Below are positions 37,676-50,376 of a stretch of DNA of 64,000 nt, piece by piece. The stretch lies in the NCBI RefSeq assembly GCF_000143415.4, contig NW_003314329.1:577421-641420 (forward strand), in the 5' to 3' direction. Within the stretch, counting starts at the first letter, position 1. Every line of letters begins with the position of its first letter. Source of the DNA: Selaginella moellendorffii (lineage: Eukaryota > Plantae > Lycopodiophyta). The notes beneath the pieces are model-generated. The model did not search any database and had not been told where the DNA came from. It saw only the letters and a list, made by a program, of their open reading frames with translations. Made by a program: the position numbers and the translations under genes.

Positions 37676-37854
37676 TCGATCGACCCGGCGGAGGGGTATG
37701 CAATTTTCTATAATCGATCGAGGTGGTATTTCTTTTATAAATTTCTCGCCGTGACTACTTAAGCGCATCAATGTGAGCTTTGCTTGCCAGAGCCAGGAAA
37801 GAAGAAGAAGAAGAATAAAAAGAGGTTTTTTCCTCCGGGAGAAAAGCAAATCTA

Positions 37855-39912
37855 TCAGGAACGAAGTATCGATTTGTACAAGTCGGACACCAACAAGTAA
37901 GGACCGCTTTGGCTGTCAGTCATGGCAAACTCGGCCGCTCGAGTAGCTCCAGTTATGTCGCCTTGGTTCTTACAAGCCGTGAGAAGCGCAGTCCAGGATC
38001 TATCGTCGGCCTGGAAAGGCATGCACTGGAGGAGCTCCTCGGCCTCTCGAGTTCTCCCGGCCCTGGCGAACATATCAACAATCGAGCAGTAGTGCTGCTG
38101 CTCGGGAACGACGCTTCGATCCAATACCATCGAGAGAAAGAGCTCCCGTCCCAGATCCACAACGCCCAAGTGGCTACACGCTGCGAGAGCTGCCGAGAAG
38201 GTGACAGCGTTTGGCCGAGCACCGTCGAGCTCCATCATCCAGAGCAGCTCCAGAGCTCCCGAGGAGTCATCGAGATGCCCAAAGTGGGCATACGCCGCGA
38301 TCATGGCCGTCCACGCCACGCAGTCCCTCTCGGGCATAGCGGCGAAGATCTGCCAGGCGTGGCGCAAATGCCCACTCTGGGCATACACGGTGAGCATCGC
38401 TGTGAGCGTGCTATCGGCCACCATTGGCGCTCGATCCAGCGCTAGCGCGGCCTCGTCCACGAGCTTGTTCCTGGCCAGAGACGCTATGAGGCAGATCCAC
38501 GACACGATATCTCTCCTGGGCATTCGATCGAATGTTGCTCTGGCCTCGCTCGCGCTGCCCTCGCGGCCATAGGCTTGCATCATCGCGTTCCAGGAGACGA
38601 GATCTTTCACTGGCATGCTCTCGAACAGAGCCCTTGCGCGATCGATCTCGCCGCTGTCGGCGAGCGCGCCAAGCATGATCGTCCAGGATTTGGGGTTGGA
38701 ATTGCGCTTGGCGATCTCCTCGGCCTCGCAGACCCTGCCCCCATCGGCCAATCCCGACACCATGCTGTTGGCGGTGATGGAATCCCACTCGGGCATTCGC
38801 GAGAACACCGCCGCGGCGAGATTGGCGTCGCCATTCACAGCCGCCGCCAGCAGCATCGCGTTCCAGGACACGAGCGATCGATTGGGAGCTCGATCGAAGA
38901 GATCCCGGGCCTCGATCGCGCTCCCCGATTGCCCATACGCCGTGATCATCAGGCACCAGGAGACGACGCTGCGCTGGGGCATCTCGTCAAAGATCTCCCT
39001 CGCGCACTGCATTTGCCCTCTCTGGGCATTTGCCTGGATCATACAATTGAAGGACACGATGCTCCAACGTGGCATGCGATCAAAGGCCGCGATCGCATCC
39101 ACGTGGCGCTCTGACCCGGCGAATCCAGTGACGAGCGTGTTCCACGTCACAACTGTGCGGCCGTTTGGCATGGAATCAAACAGCATCCTTGCCTCATCGG
39201 CATGCCCGTTAATGGCATAAGCCGCCAGCATGGCGTTCCACGTCACGGTGTTCCTCTCTGGCATCGCGTGGAAGGCCGCCATCGCGGCGTCCACGTCGCC
39301 ATGTTGGCCGTGGGCAGCCAGCATGGCTGTCCAGGTCACTACCGTACGCGCGGGCATTTTGTCGAAGAAGGAGCGCGCGTCGTACAGACTCCCCGTTTGA
39401 GCGCTCGCGACGAGCATGGAGCTCCAAGTGATCACCGATCTCTCCGGCATGGCGTGGAACGATTGGATCGCGGATTCGAGCCAGCCCATCTGGATGAATC
39501 CCTGGATCATCGAATTGAGCGTGATGATGCTGTGCTGCGGCATGCGATGGAAGAGATCTCGGGCGCTGTGGAGCTGATTGGCGGTGACGCAATTGGAGAA
39601 AAGGGAATTCCAGGTGATGACGCTGCGATCGGGCATGGCGGAGAAGAATTCCCAGGCGTTGGGCAATTGCCCATTGTGGGCATACGCGTGAATGAGGCAA
39701 TTCCAAGAGTGGGAATTGGGGCATTCGAGGGCATCGAAAACGCCGCGCGATTCGTCCGGGCGGCCGCATCTCGAGTACGCGTCGATCAAGAGATTGGCGA
39801 GGAATGTGTCGTGCCTGTGATCGCTGCCGCGGATCTGAGAATGGATCCATCGCAGCTCGTGGAGATCTCTTGAGCAGCTCCTCAGTAGATGCGCTAGGCC
39901 ATTGCGATCCAT
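37855..39912 (-). CDS. PPR protein dominated by short (~31-aa) repeats, with E-like C-terminus
   Basis: Tandem 'A...F..MPER.VV.W..M..A.A..G' units, ending in 'HYCSIVDMFARAG..EAEELL..MPF'. Confidence 0.95.
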   Translation of the reverse strand: MDRNGLAHLLRSCSRDLHELRWIHSQIRGSDHRHDTFLANLLIDAYSRCGRPDESRGVFDALECPNSHSWNCLIHAYAHNGQLPNAWEFFSAMPDRSVITWNSLFSNCVTANQLHSARDLFHRMPQHSIITLNSMIQGFIQMGWLESAIQSFHAMPERSVITWSSMLVASAQTGSLYDARSFFDKMPARTVVTWTAMLAAHGQHGDVDAAMAAFHAMPERNTVTWNAMLAAYAINGHADEARMLFDSMPNGRTVVTWNTLVTGFAGSERHVDAIAAFDRMPRWSIVSFNCMIQANAQRGQMQCAREIFDEMPQRSVVSWCLMITAYGQSGSAIEARDLFDRAPNRSLVSWNAMLLAAAVNGDANLAAAVFSRMPEWDSITANSMVSGLADGGRVCEAEEIAKRNSNPKSWTIMLGALADSGEIDRARALFESMPVKDLVSWNAMMQAYGREGSASEARATFDRMPRRDIVSWICLIASLARNKLVDEAALALDRAPMVADSTLTAMLTVYAQSGHLRHAWQIFAAMPERDCVAWTAMIAAYAHFGHLDDSSGALELLWMMELDGARPNAVTFSAALAACSHLGVVDLGRELFLSMVLDRSVVPEQQHYCSIVDMFARAGRTREAEELLQCMPFQADDRSWTALLTACKNQGDITGATRAAEFAMTDSQSGPYLLVSDLYKSILRS

Positions 39913-39998
39913 CCATTCACATTTTAGGGCATCATTTAAAACTGACCGTTGATTCCAGCACGATGAGATTCTAGGGTTCTTGCGATTCCAGGTTAAGA

Positions 39999-41713
39999 AT
40001 GAATGCGAAGCGCGGCAAGGAGCGCGAGGATTTCGGTAGAATTCTCTTTGCGGTTTTGATCACTTGCAAAATTTTCCTTCTCGCCGATGCAGTTGAGTCG
40101 CGGAAGAAGGCTAAGCAAGTCGCGGATTTTTACAGCGGGCGATCCAACCAGTCGCGAGAGGAGCGCGAGTCGAGCCCGATTATCCATCTCAAGAAGCTCA
40201 ACAATTGGGTGAGTGGAAAGAAAGAACGACTGCATTCTTTCCCTTGGAATTTTTCTTTACTCTCTTTGTTGTATGTAGATCAAGAGCGTTCTTATACACT
40301 TGTACGTTCACAAAGGAGATTCCGTGCTCGACCTCGCTTGTGGCAAGGTAGGATGAAATCTCTCTACATTTTTCTCGCTACTATCACTCACTTCTTAGGG
40401 CGGCGATCTGATCAAATATGACAAAGCGAACATTGGAAGATATGTTGGCGTTGACATTGCAGCTGGATCGGTAAGTCGATCGAGATTGTTTCATAGAAAC
40501 AAAAGGGATCGATAGAGAAAAATCTCTGACCTTTTGTTTCTTTTCAACGAAAAGATTGATGACGCGATGAAGAGATACAACAACAGGAGGCAGAGACTGT
40601 CCTTCGCAGCGGAGCTCTTCTGTGGAGACTGTTACGAGGTAAGTAATTTTCTTTGCTCGTAAAAAATATTTGATGCATTTTGTCTTGCAGGTAGATCTCG
40701 AGAGAAGCATCCAGGGAGGCTTCGATGTTTGTAGCTGCCAGGTACTCGTCCAAATCGAATCCCTTCTTCATGGTTTTGACTATTCACTTCTTTTTTCTCT
40801 CAGTTTGCTCTACATTACTCGTGGTCGACGATAGAACGGGCAGAGCGAGCTTTGGATAATGTTTCCAGAATGCTCAACCCGGGTGGCTTCTTCATAGGGA
40901 CCATGCCAGATTCGAACGTGATTGTCCAGAAGCTCCGAGCTGGTACGTTTTTTACCAGCAGCGTTGATTCCAGGGATGATGTTTGTAAGCAGCGCAAGAC
41001 CTCGAGTTTGGGAACAGTGTGTATAACATAAGCTTTGGGGAGGAACACAGAACCAAGGTAGAGCTTTTACTTTTGATGAACGCCGTATACTTGCTGTTTA
41101 CTTTCCAGAGATTTCCTCAAGCCACTCGTTTTGGGATCCAGTATCACTTCAAGCTCGAGGTGCGTTGTAACTTTTTCCCCCGGTTCTTAAAGCATTTCTG
41201 TTGATTGACAGGATGCTGTGGATTGCCCAGAATGGCTGGTTTTCTTCCCTTATTTCCAGTCTTTAGCGGCGAATGTAAGTATTTTAGTCAGAATGTTACA
41301 TATTCCTTACTGGTTTTTTCCTGTAGTATGGGTTAGATCTTGTGCTTAAACTTAACTTTCATGACTTTGTCCACAAGCACATCAAAGACGACCACTTTAT
41401 TGATCTAATGCGGAAACTCGGTGCTTTGGGAGATGGAAGTGAGTTTTGATGTTTCCTTTCTAGTTTCTATGTTTTGTTTCTTTTCTCCCAGGTAATGGAG
41501 ACACCTTATCTCCAGACGAATGGGAAGCTGCTTACCTCTACTTGGTATTCGTCTTCAAAAAGGTCTTCGAATTTTGCTATTGCCTTGATGCTGTTTGTGC
41601 TAAATCAATTTTGTGTATAGAGGGGCGAGCCAGGCCCCAGACGACAACAGAACGATCGGCGAAGACAATGGAGTATGATGAAGGCTGAAGATATCAAGAA
41701 GCTAGTGACGTGA
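39999..41713 (+). CDS. mRNA cap guanine-N7 methyltransferase (RNMT/ABD1-like), multi-exon
   Basis: 'VADFYSGRSNQSREERESSPIIHLKKLNNW', 'VLDLACG', 'PGGFFIGTMPDSNVIV', 'DAVDCPEWLV' and 'EWEAAYLYLVFVFKK'. Confidence 0.95.
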
Positions 41714-44339
41714 AGCTACCGAGAAAACTTCCTGTAAATTGAGAAAAGCTTTCCGTCCAGCCATATATCCCTGGAAATTGCACAATGCAAACGACTTGGT
41801 TGGCCGCCAGTAACTCATTGCAAGTCTCCACCAATTCAGGCAGTGTATTCCAAATGTTCTTCTCTACTATTGAATAATCCTGGAGATGATCACCTTGAGA
41901 AAACAAGTGGAAACCATGAAGATCCAAGAACTAAGCTTATTACAAAACTATGGTCACTTGGTGACTGGAAGTATTTTGTCTTTTTTTTTTTTTTTTTTTT
42001 GAGATTTGACTTCCTTATACGTATGATCAAAATTCCCACCACCATTTGTTACTCCAACTCTTCAAAAGGACTAAAACTGACTGTCTCTCTGGAGCTCGCT
42101 GTAGCTCTTCACCATTCAAAAGATGAGTGCTTGACTGAATAGAGTAGTGAAGCACAAGCATCCAAAAAAGCTAACATTTATTCTTCTCGCTTTCGTTTTT
42201 TGTAGCGTGACACGTCCCACGACCATTCTTGTCACAGCCCAAGGGATATAGCCTCTGGGACTATTTTATCATACTAACCAGAAATTGCCCAGCAAATGCT
42301 AGCCAGACGCATTGGAAACTCAACTCCAAAGATAACAGACATATTGCAACTACATCAAGCTCAATCTCCTAGACTCTCCAGCAATCTAGACCAAGTGCAT
42401 TGCTGATGGAGGTCTACAGTAGTCTTTTGTTGGTCTCTTTCTAGTCCCAGTCAATCTTTTCTCTTGCCATTGGACTAATGAAAAACAAAATGCTCTTGAA
42501 ATCAAAAGTGTTTGTCTATTCAAAGTTTACAAATACACAGTTTGTCTATAGCTACAATTGAGAAGAGGAGGAAGGCCTTAATAGTTGCCCAAGTTAGAAT
42601 TCTGTCATTAGGGAGTGTAAGCCATGCATGTAGTCACCATAACCTCACTACTGTAGCCGGGTGGTCCAACTACCTTGTTGAAGGACTTGTTTTGACATGC
42701 AACCTCTTACAGCGAGAATTTGATCTCTTCTTCCCTATAGTAGCTTCCAGACTTTACGTCTCTATAATCTCTTCAGAAGAGTTTGAATTCCATCCGAGCT
42801 ATACCTGCCATCAACATACCTGAGCTTAATAGTTGAATGATGAGAAAAGTTTAAGCAAGATTTGCCACGAGTCATAGTCATAGGTGATTGCGTTGGGAAA
42901 GAATACAATGCACGTTTTGTCTGAGACAAGAATGCAAAGCCTCTGCTACCCTGCGGTTTATAACTTTTGGGATCTGACCGGTTGGTGGTGTGTTTGATTG
43001 CCTGTGGCCTGCGCTGTGATGTGAACATACTAAGAAAATCACTAGGATGGAGTCCATATGTTTGGGCAGCGTGGAGAAATAACTTCACTTGTTCTTGCAG
43101 TGGTGGCACCTAGTTTGCCTCTCAATCTTGAATTTCTTACAAATGTGGCAAGTGCAGCTACTGAAATAGATTGAGGATCGTGTGGAATGAAGTGGCCGTC
43201 AACATGTTTGTAAAACAACAACAAATGTACCCCTTTGAACTTCTTAGCATACATTCTTGAAATAGCTTGGAGTTAACTGCATATTTTGTCCCATGATTTG
43301 TCTTCAGTAACGTTGCACATGATAGTGCAAGGGGTGACCTTGAAGACATTGGTATCCTTAGTACCTCTCAAGTTGTAGAAAATACATATATGCTTCTCTT
43401 CAGCAAACCAACATGACTTGAGGTCATGATAAACATTCTCCATACAAGGATTGGCTCTTATAATCAAAGAAAAGGACAGTCAACTACCTTGAAATCACTC
43501 ACTTTCTCTAGATCATCAGAAATAACGATGATGTTTGTTGTGTTTGGAGTCTCCAATCACTGCAATAGTGACCATGCAATAGGAAGATACAGTAGCAGGA
43601 GGGAACTCCTTCAGCAGAAGAATATCCAAGGGATGAAGAAAGTCCATAGTAGAGGCAAGCCACTCTCATAGAAGTCTGTGCGAAAACCTCTATGGCAAAA
43701 CAATGGTAGTTTGGATCTTAGCCTTCACCTTATAGTGCAGAATGCATTACCACCTCAATGGCTTTAAAAGGTGGGCAGCCAAGGCTAGGGAAGCTGTGGC
43801 AAGATGCTTACCAAAAGCATCAGTGAAATTGATATTGATAAACCTGGAGGTAAGTGGCCTTGCAGTGAAGGTGGCTTCGTGCTGGAAGTCATAAGGTGAA
43901 GTGTGTCTTTGAGGCATCCCAAAAGGCAGCTCCAAGATGCTATGTAACTGTAAATTTGATCAAGATGGAGCAAAAATAATATAAAAGAAAATGCTTACCA
44001 CCAGTCATGCTTTGTGGTGAGAGTAGAGCTTGGGCAGGTTTAGATCTACTACACTCTTTCCAAGATGGAAAATTTTGAAAACTACCACCACTATAGATGG
44101 TTTAAGCTTCAGTAAAAAAGACTAAATAAAGAGCATTTAAATAAAGTTATGGTTTGGTCAGCATTCTTCTAGTCCACTAAAACTTTGTTTGGAGCTTGGA
44201 GAGAAAACTCACAACAATTCTTCAATTGAATGTACAATGTGTTCTTACCTATTGCAGCCATGAGAACTTGGGGAGTTTGTGTGTGCTACTCTGGAGAAGC
44301 CATTTCCATGTCCTCACAATCATTTGTTTGGGAAAGGTG

Positions 44340-45539
44340 AAAATTCCAGACATTTTTTCAAAAATTGTTATTTGAACAATTGATAATAATGTGACTTGGT
44401 CAGAGTGATTAAGTGGGGAACACATTTAAGGTGAAACTCATAAATTTATTAAAATTATGCCCCACATACAAGCAAGACTCACTAAGGGGTGAATACCTAT
44501 GGACTTAGCAAGTTATAATATTTTCTGTGGAACAAAAAAGTACCCTAAAGATGAAAGTGGTGATTTTATGTTGCTTGATATATAAAAATAAAAGATTAGT
44601 TGTCAAGAATGGGCTTAGTAAACTGTTAGAGTGAATTCAAATAATATATAAAGTGAGAATTCAAATTTAGGGAAATGTAAGAGGCAATATCATTAATAAA
44701 TTTAATCCAAATTATAGGTATAAAAGGTGATACAAATTGGGACATCTTAAGGTAGTAGATTGAAAAATTTACACCTACTCTATGAAATTTAAACTTATCT
44801 TTTAAAGCTATCCTCTTATGCAAGGTTGAATTACTGAATAAGGATATCTTGGATAGATACAACTAGTTTTGGAAGATAGATATAAGAACACTAAAGTTGA
44901 TGGGATTATAAATAAGTCCAAAAGAGAAAAAAACTCTTTAGAATATTCTTCCATGCAGTGGGTAGAACTTAGTCTCTAGATTGATAAGAGGTATAGTGTC
45001 TTTAAATAAAGAACTCTTCCAGATGGGAAAGTAGAGTTTGTATAACAAATATGTATATAGGAAGGTGTCAAAGACATATAAAAAATTGACATAAGAAGTT
45101 AAATGTTAAAGTTTTAAAAGATGATCCTTATACTAATATAGTTTGAGACTACTCCGAAGTGGGTAGTAAAGTTGAGATAAAGTATCTCTAAAGGATTTAG
45201 TGGGATCCAAGCCACAAATACTTCACCTAAATTATAAGTCAAAGAGTGCAAATTTGTAAGGCATGATGAGCCTTTGGTGTTAGCTTGGTGTAAAAAGATA
45301 AAAAAAGTTATCCATAATAGAGTTACTTAAAAAAATAGGTTATCATTTGATGAGGACATTGAACTTTGTCTATAGGTGGTGGAATTGTAAAACACAAATA
45401 AGTAAATTTTGAAATTGAGCTGAATATAAGCTATGTACCAGTGGCTAGAAGTTTAACAAGTGTAACACATTTGTACCAAAAACTTTAAATTGAAAAGTCA
45501 AGAATAAAAGTGGAATTCCTAAAAAAGCACTCGAGAGAT
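44340..45539 (+). mobile_element. Old, AT-shifted copy of the LTR element: 3' internal region, degenerate PPT (~45374-45384) and start of LTR (45386)
   Basis: Aligns by eye to ~8030-8813 and then to the LTR start (TGTAAAACACAAA vs TGTGAGACACAAA). The LTR resumes at 53971-54375 and again at 63448-63915. Confidence 0.8.
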
Positions 45540-45989
45540 AGGGTTGGGTAATTTTTCATGAGCTGAGCTCAAGTCAATGAAAGTCAATGAAGTCAATATA
45601 CTTTACCAAATACAAAAGTTGATGTTTAAATGATTAGTTTGGGACGAGCCAACAATTCTATTCAAAACTTAAGATATATTTTTAGTCCAAGAAAAAGCTA
45701 AATAATATAAGTCTAATAAGAAAATAAATATCATAAGTCAAAGAAAAAACTCTATATTACCACTAAAAAATTTGACTAAAAAAAAAACTAAACTTAGTCT
45801 TCCTCGGCATCCACATCCACAAGAGGAGGAGTTCGTATAGTATTATGCTCTCTAACTGTGGGCTCTTGTTGTATATGAGCTTGTGCCATTACTTCTGCAT
45901 AACATGGCAAATTATAGCCCACATCATCAATCCACCTAATATACATAACCATGATGGAATTACTATAATGAGAAATTTATACTTTATTA

Positions 45990-48900
45990 TCACCTATTAT
46001 AAAATGTCCTAAGAATACCTTCAAATGCACTCTCCTTTTCTAGTGTAAAAACTGCATGCCCAATCTCTTTAGCCACTAGCACCATCGAACCAAAACCTGT
46101 TGTAGCATCAAGCACAATCTCCTTAGGAGGACAAAACAACTCTAAAAGGATTTGCATGGCCTTTGGTGAATGGTGTCAATAGCTAGGGAACTTTATATGA
46201 TGGTCCTTGTTGATGACATTCGGGATGATATTTGTTGAGCTATCATATCCTGGCAATGCCAAACCTGCATGCTCATCAGCTCATATAATACTATGACGGC
46301 AAGAGTAGCGGTAGAGAGCATGGTAGTTCCATGCTAAAACCTATAATGAAAAGAGGCAATCAATTTAAGATATGAAAAATAAGGAAATGCAAATCTTTTG
46401 GATTCAGCCACCTACTCCTTTTATTTCAACTGTGATGTTTGAGAGTAGGCAGCCTGATGCAAACTCAACCAATCTAGAGTCATCATTCTTCACCATCATT
46501 GCAAGAAGACTTCCCCAAAATAAAGAACGGGGAAGAATGACTAGCATAATGCCCTCATATCGCAAAACCTTGGATGCCACATCCACTGCTTGAGAAATAT
46601 AGTCCGGTCGAAGGATGTTCCAGGATGGAGCGTTGCTTTGTATAGATGGTAACTTATTAGGCAGGTCAAAGAATGCAAGGTCGATGCCAAAAGTATTGTT
46701 CATTCCAAATCCTCACATCCATCGATGGAATATAGAAGACTCTCAGCTCACGTTGTTGGAAAGCTGAAAGTAGTCCCCAATAAGTATTTCCACGTTGCCA
46801 ACACTTCCCGTAGGAGAAAGAGTGCGAACCTGAATAGTGTTCAAAATTGGGAAATATTAAAGTTAATACATGTTTTGTTTCATACCTGTTTATGTGAAGC
46901 CAAAGAAGATAACTCTTGAAGGTCATCCTCTGTAGCAGTGGGGAGGGATGGAAAGAATGCATTTATACGTCGACGTATAGAGTGTTGGCTGGTTTCTTCG
47001 ACATCTACAACAAAATTACAATAAGCAAGGTCATTGGAAATCAAGTTCTTACTCTCTTGGACGTCCTCACTATGGAGTTACCTTCGTATATTTCAAGCAA
47101 TCGGGGCTGGACAAGCAGCGGCAGTAGGATTTGGGGAATGAGCAACTGCTGTAGGATGAGATGGGGTAGAAGAGTTTTCAGTTGGGTTCTCCACTCATTC
47201 GTCTTCGGTCTACTCAATATGAATCTCATCTCTATCTTTGAGGCATCTCCACTCCCTCCAAAAGTGCCTCTACAATAAAGTAGAAACATAAGTTACTACT
47301 AGCAAATTTTACTCATCAAACCTGGATGACACTTGAGGTAGAGATTAAGCTCAAAAGGTGACGATGGCATTTGCCTCCACAACTCCAAGTACCATGGATA
47401 AAGTTCTCGCTCCTGTGTAGTGGAACATTAGAACTCTGGCTCATACATGCCAAGTTTCTTCCCACCAATTAAGAGCTTGAGAAAAACACTTGCTATATAC
47501 ATTAGAGCACCTGGGCAATGATTTAAATACATACAAAAGAGCCATGATTAAATAAATAAGTCAATTTTTTACAATATACCTATATGCTATGCAGCATGAG
47601 AAAAATGGTTGGCCCGGCTGGTTCTTGAAATATATAGAGCTTGAGCTGCCATCAGGAAGCCATCCATCCCCAAGCTCTTGAAGGGAAGCTTGAACATAAT
47701 CTGGAAGTGTTATGCCAGTGTGGGCACTAGTAAGGAACTTCGTATCCCATACTTGAAGTAGCTCCTCAGCAGCTGTAATACTCTGAGTGATATAGAGCTT
47801 CTCCTTCATCACATTCTCAAGTTTGCTCTCTAACCTCTTATCATTGTTACGATGCCAAGTGTTGAGGAGTTCCAAGCAAGAGGTTTGTTTGTTGAAGGAG
47901 AGCTTGCTTTTTGCGATGTTATAGATCAATTCTTCAGGTGCTTTACCATTTCCTACAAGGACAAGGATTTCAAAGTGGAATGAGAAAGATAAAAGGGACT
48001 AACTTACTACCATGAGAGCATATCTTTGCAATGCAATCCAACCAATCTTTATCATGGTGAATGTCTACAATCGCAAGTAGCTTCTTCACCTTTGATTTCT
48101 TTGAGTTCAAAATGTGCTACTCAATTTGTCACAATTCAAGGTTCTTTTGCACCTCATCCCTCACTTGCGTAATCTTCAAATATGAGTTTTGCTCTGCCTT
48201 CACAATTGGCTAAAAGGAAAACTTGTGAGTAGAAAACACAAGTTCATGCAAGAAAAAGATACCTTTGCCTAGACCGCAACCAAAAAATCCATAGGCACCT
48301 GATACCAAATAAGCAACTCTTGGCCTTTGTGTGCTACAAGCTTTGCTTGAACCACTTCCATAACCTCACGACTATGCAGCATCTGGATTTCGTCGAGAGA
48401 AAACATGCCAACATATCGAAGGTGCTCGATATCATAGACCAAGGTATGTACTAGGAAAGTAAATTGATTAAGCCTGTAACATAGTTGGTGAGAACAAAGG
48501 TTATAAGTAAAAGATTCTTAGATGTTGATCTTATGACATACCAAGTTGAGCTTCACAGCTTGGTTTCAATCTTGTGGCTCCATAAGTGTCACTAGAACAC
48601 AAATATATCGCTCGTCATTGTCCTAGAACTTCTCTTGGATACACCTCCAAAATGCAAGCCACCAGTGGTTTCCATCAATAATGAAGAACATCCGGCCTAC
48701 AAAAGCTTGTGTTTCCATGTGGCATGCCATCAAAGTATCAAACTCCTGAGATTTCCTCTACCATATTTGATCCCAAGTCTGCTCAATCTCGTGAGTAACC
48801 ATGTCTATGCAATTTGTTTCGGGGAATGATGATGACACAATAAATGTGCCCGAATCCAACCTTTGTGAAAGAGGTATAAATAGCCATGTTGAGGTCATAG

Positions 48901-49460
48901 GCTGAGCACACCCAGTGACTCTGCTTAAGATGGCAAAGTGGAATCTCAAGATGTTGGGATCCTTTCCAAGCCATTTCACCTAACACCTTGTTGATAGTTC
49001 GTTTTTGAGCCTGGACAATAGTCTCATGTACTCGCTCATTCAAGATTGTGTTAGCCTCTAGCATAGTTACCACCTCATTTCTGTGACCTTTAGGAGCAGT
49101 AGCATGTCCACCATTTCCACCACCAAGATCTGCCCCACCACCTATAGCACTAGGTGCCTCATTTTTGCCACTAAGTTCTACACCACCACCTATGGCACTA
49201 CCACCAGCAGCTTCTCCTGTGCTATAGCTAGCTTCTGCATTTCCACGCTCTCTAGAACCATCTGGCTCCTGCATGCTAACACCTGGATTAGGATCAACCA
49301 TTACTTGTATCTGGACACCACTACTCCCACCATGGTCTTCCTCTGAAGCAGTGCTTTGAACTTGTGAGGTGTCCCTAGTGAATCTAGCACAACAATCTAG
49401 TCATTTTCCTGGAGAACGGGTCCATTGAGGTTGACCAACACGCTTCTTTTGTTGTGGCAT
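45990..49460 (-). pseudogene. ParB-like domain + beta-class N4C/N6A DNA methyltransferase-like fusion, multi-exon, several stops
   Basis: Hand translation gives 'MFFIIDGNHWWLAF' (~48650-48691, ParB DGNHR-like), 'GIDLAFFDLPN..SWN..DVASKVLRYEGIMLV' (motif IV region, in ORF 46404-46703) and 'HSPKAMQILLELFCPPKEIVLDATTGFGSMVLVAKEIGHAVFTLEKE' (motifs X-I-II, ~46030-46172). Confidence 0.75.
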
Positions 49461-49524
49461 GATTTATATATCTACATGAAAATGACAAATAAACTCGAGT
49501 AAACATTTAGAAAAACTGCAAAGC

Positions 49525-50170
49525 AGTTCCCTTGGCACTAAGAAGATCAGTTTGTCACTGAACCGATCTTCTCAGTGCCAAGGGAACAAAAAAAAGAAGA
49601 AAAGAAGCAATTCCCTTGACACTGGGAAGATTGGTTCATCGCCAAACCAATCTTCTCAGTGCCAAGGGAACAAGAAAAAGGAAAAAAGAAGCAGTTCCCT
49701 TGGCACTAGGAAGATTGGTTCATCGCCGAACCAATCTTCTCAGCACCAAGGGAAAAAAAAAAGAAGAAAAGAAGAAGTTCCCTTGGTGTTGGGAAGATTG
49801 GTTCGACATTGCTAAACCGATCTTCTCAGTGCCAATGGAACGACAAGAAACAAAAAAAGATCCAGAATTTGATGTGCTAGGAAGATCAGTTCATTGCCAA
49901 ACTGATCTTCTCAGCGCTAATGGAACGACAAGAAAAAAAAAAAAACCCAGAATATGATGTGCTGGGAAGATCAGTTTGTCACCGAACCAATCTTCTCAGC
50001 ACCAATGGAATGACAAGAAAAAAAAAAAAACCGAGAACCTGATGTGCTGGGAAGATTGGTTCATCGCCGAACCAATCTTCTTAGCGCCAATGGAATGACA
50101 AGAAAAAAAAAACCCAGAATCTGATGTGCTGGGAAGATTAGTTTGCTGCCGAACCGATCATTCTAGCGCG
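49525..50170. repeat. Tandem array of 8 long palindromes (~83-85-bp period) separated by A-rich tracts
   Basis: Unit approximates (GTTCCCTTG)GYRCTGGGAAGATTGGTTC-N6-GAACCAATCTTCTCAGYRC(CAAGGGAAC). Confidence 0.95.
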
Positions 50171-50352
50171 AAGTAGTTGTGAGACACAAATTACTTGTGA
50201 GCTAGGAGCAAAAGATGGGGAGATGGAAAAGCAGTAGAGAGAGGCATACTTTGATTGAGGAGTATCTTTCTAGTGTCTTGAAGAGCATTTAGCATCTTGA
50301 CTGAGAAGCATCTTGAAGCATTCAAGTGTTTTTCTCTTGCCCTTCCTTGCTC

Positions 50353-50376
50353 AAACCCTAGCAGTAAAACCCTAAA
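50353..50376 (+). promoter_or_regulatory. Two telo-boxes between the divergent transposon genes
   Basis: AAACCCTAG and AAACCCTAAA. Confidence 0.55.

Noticed and set aside
42300-44320. Decayed minus-strand gene-like sequence with splice-like signals
   Set aside because: Many stops and no recognisable family. It lies outside the MULE boundaries.
49525-50170. CRISPR-like appearance (regularly spaced palindromic repeats)
   Set aside because: The intervening sequences are related A-rich tracts rather than unique spacers, there are no cas genes, and the context is eukaryotic.
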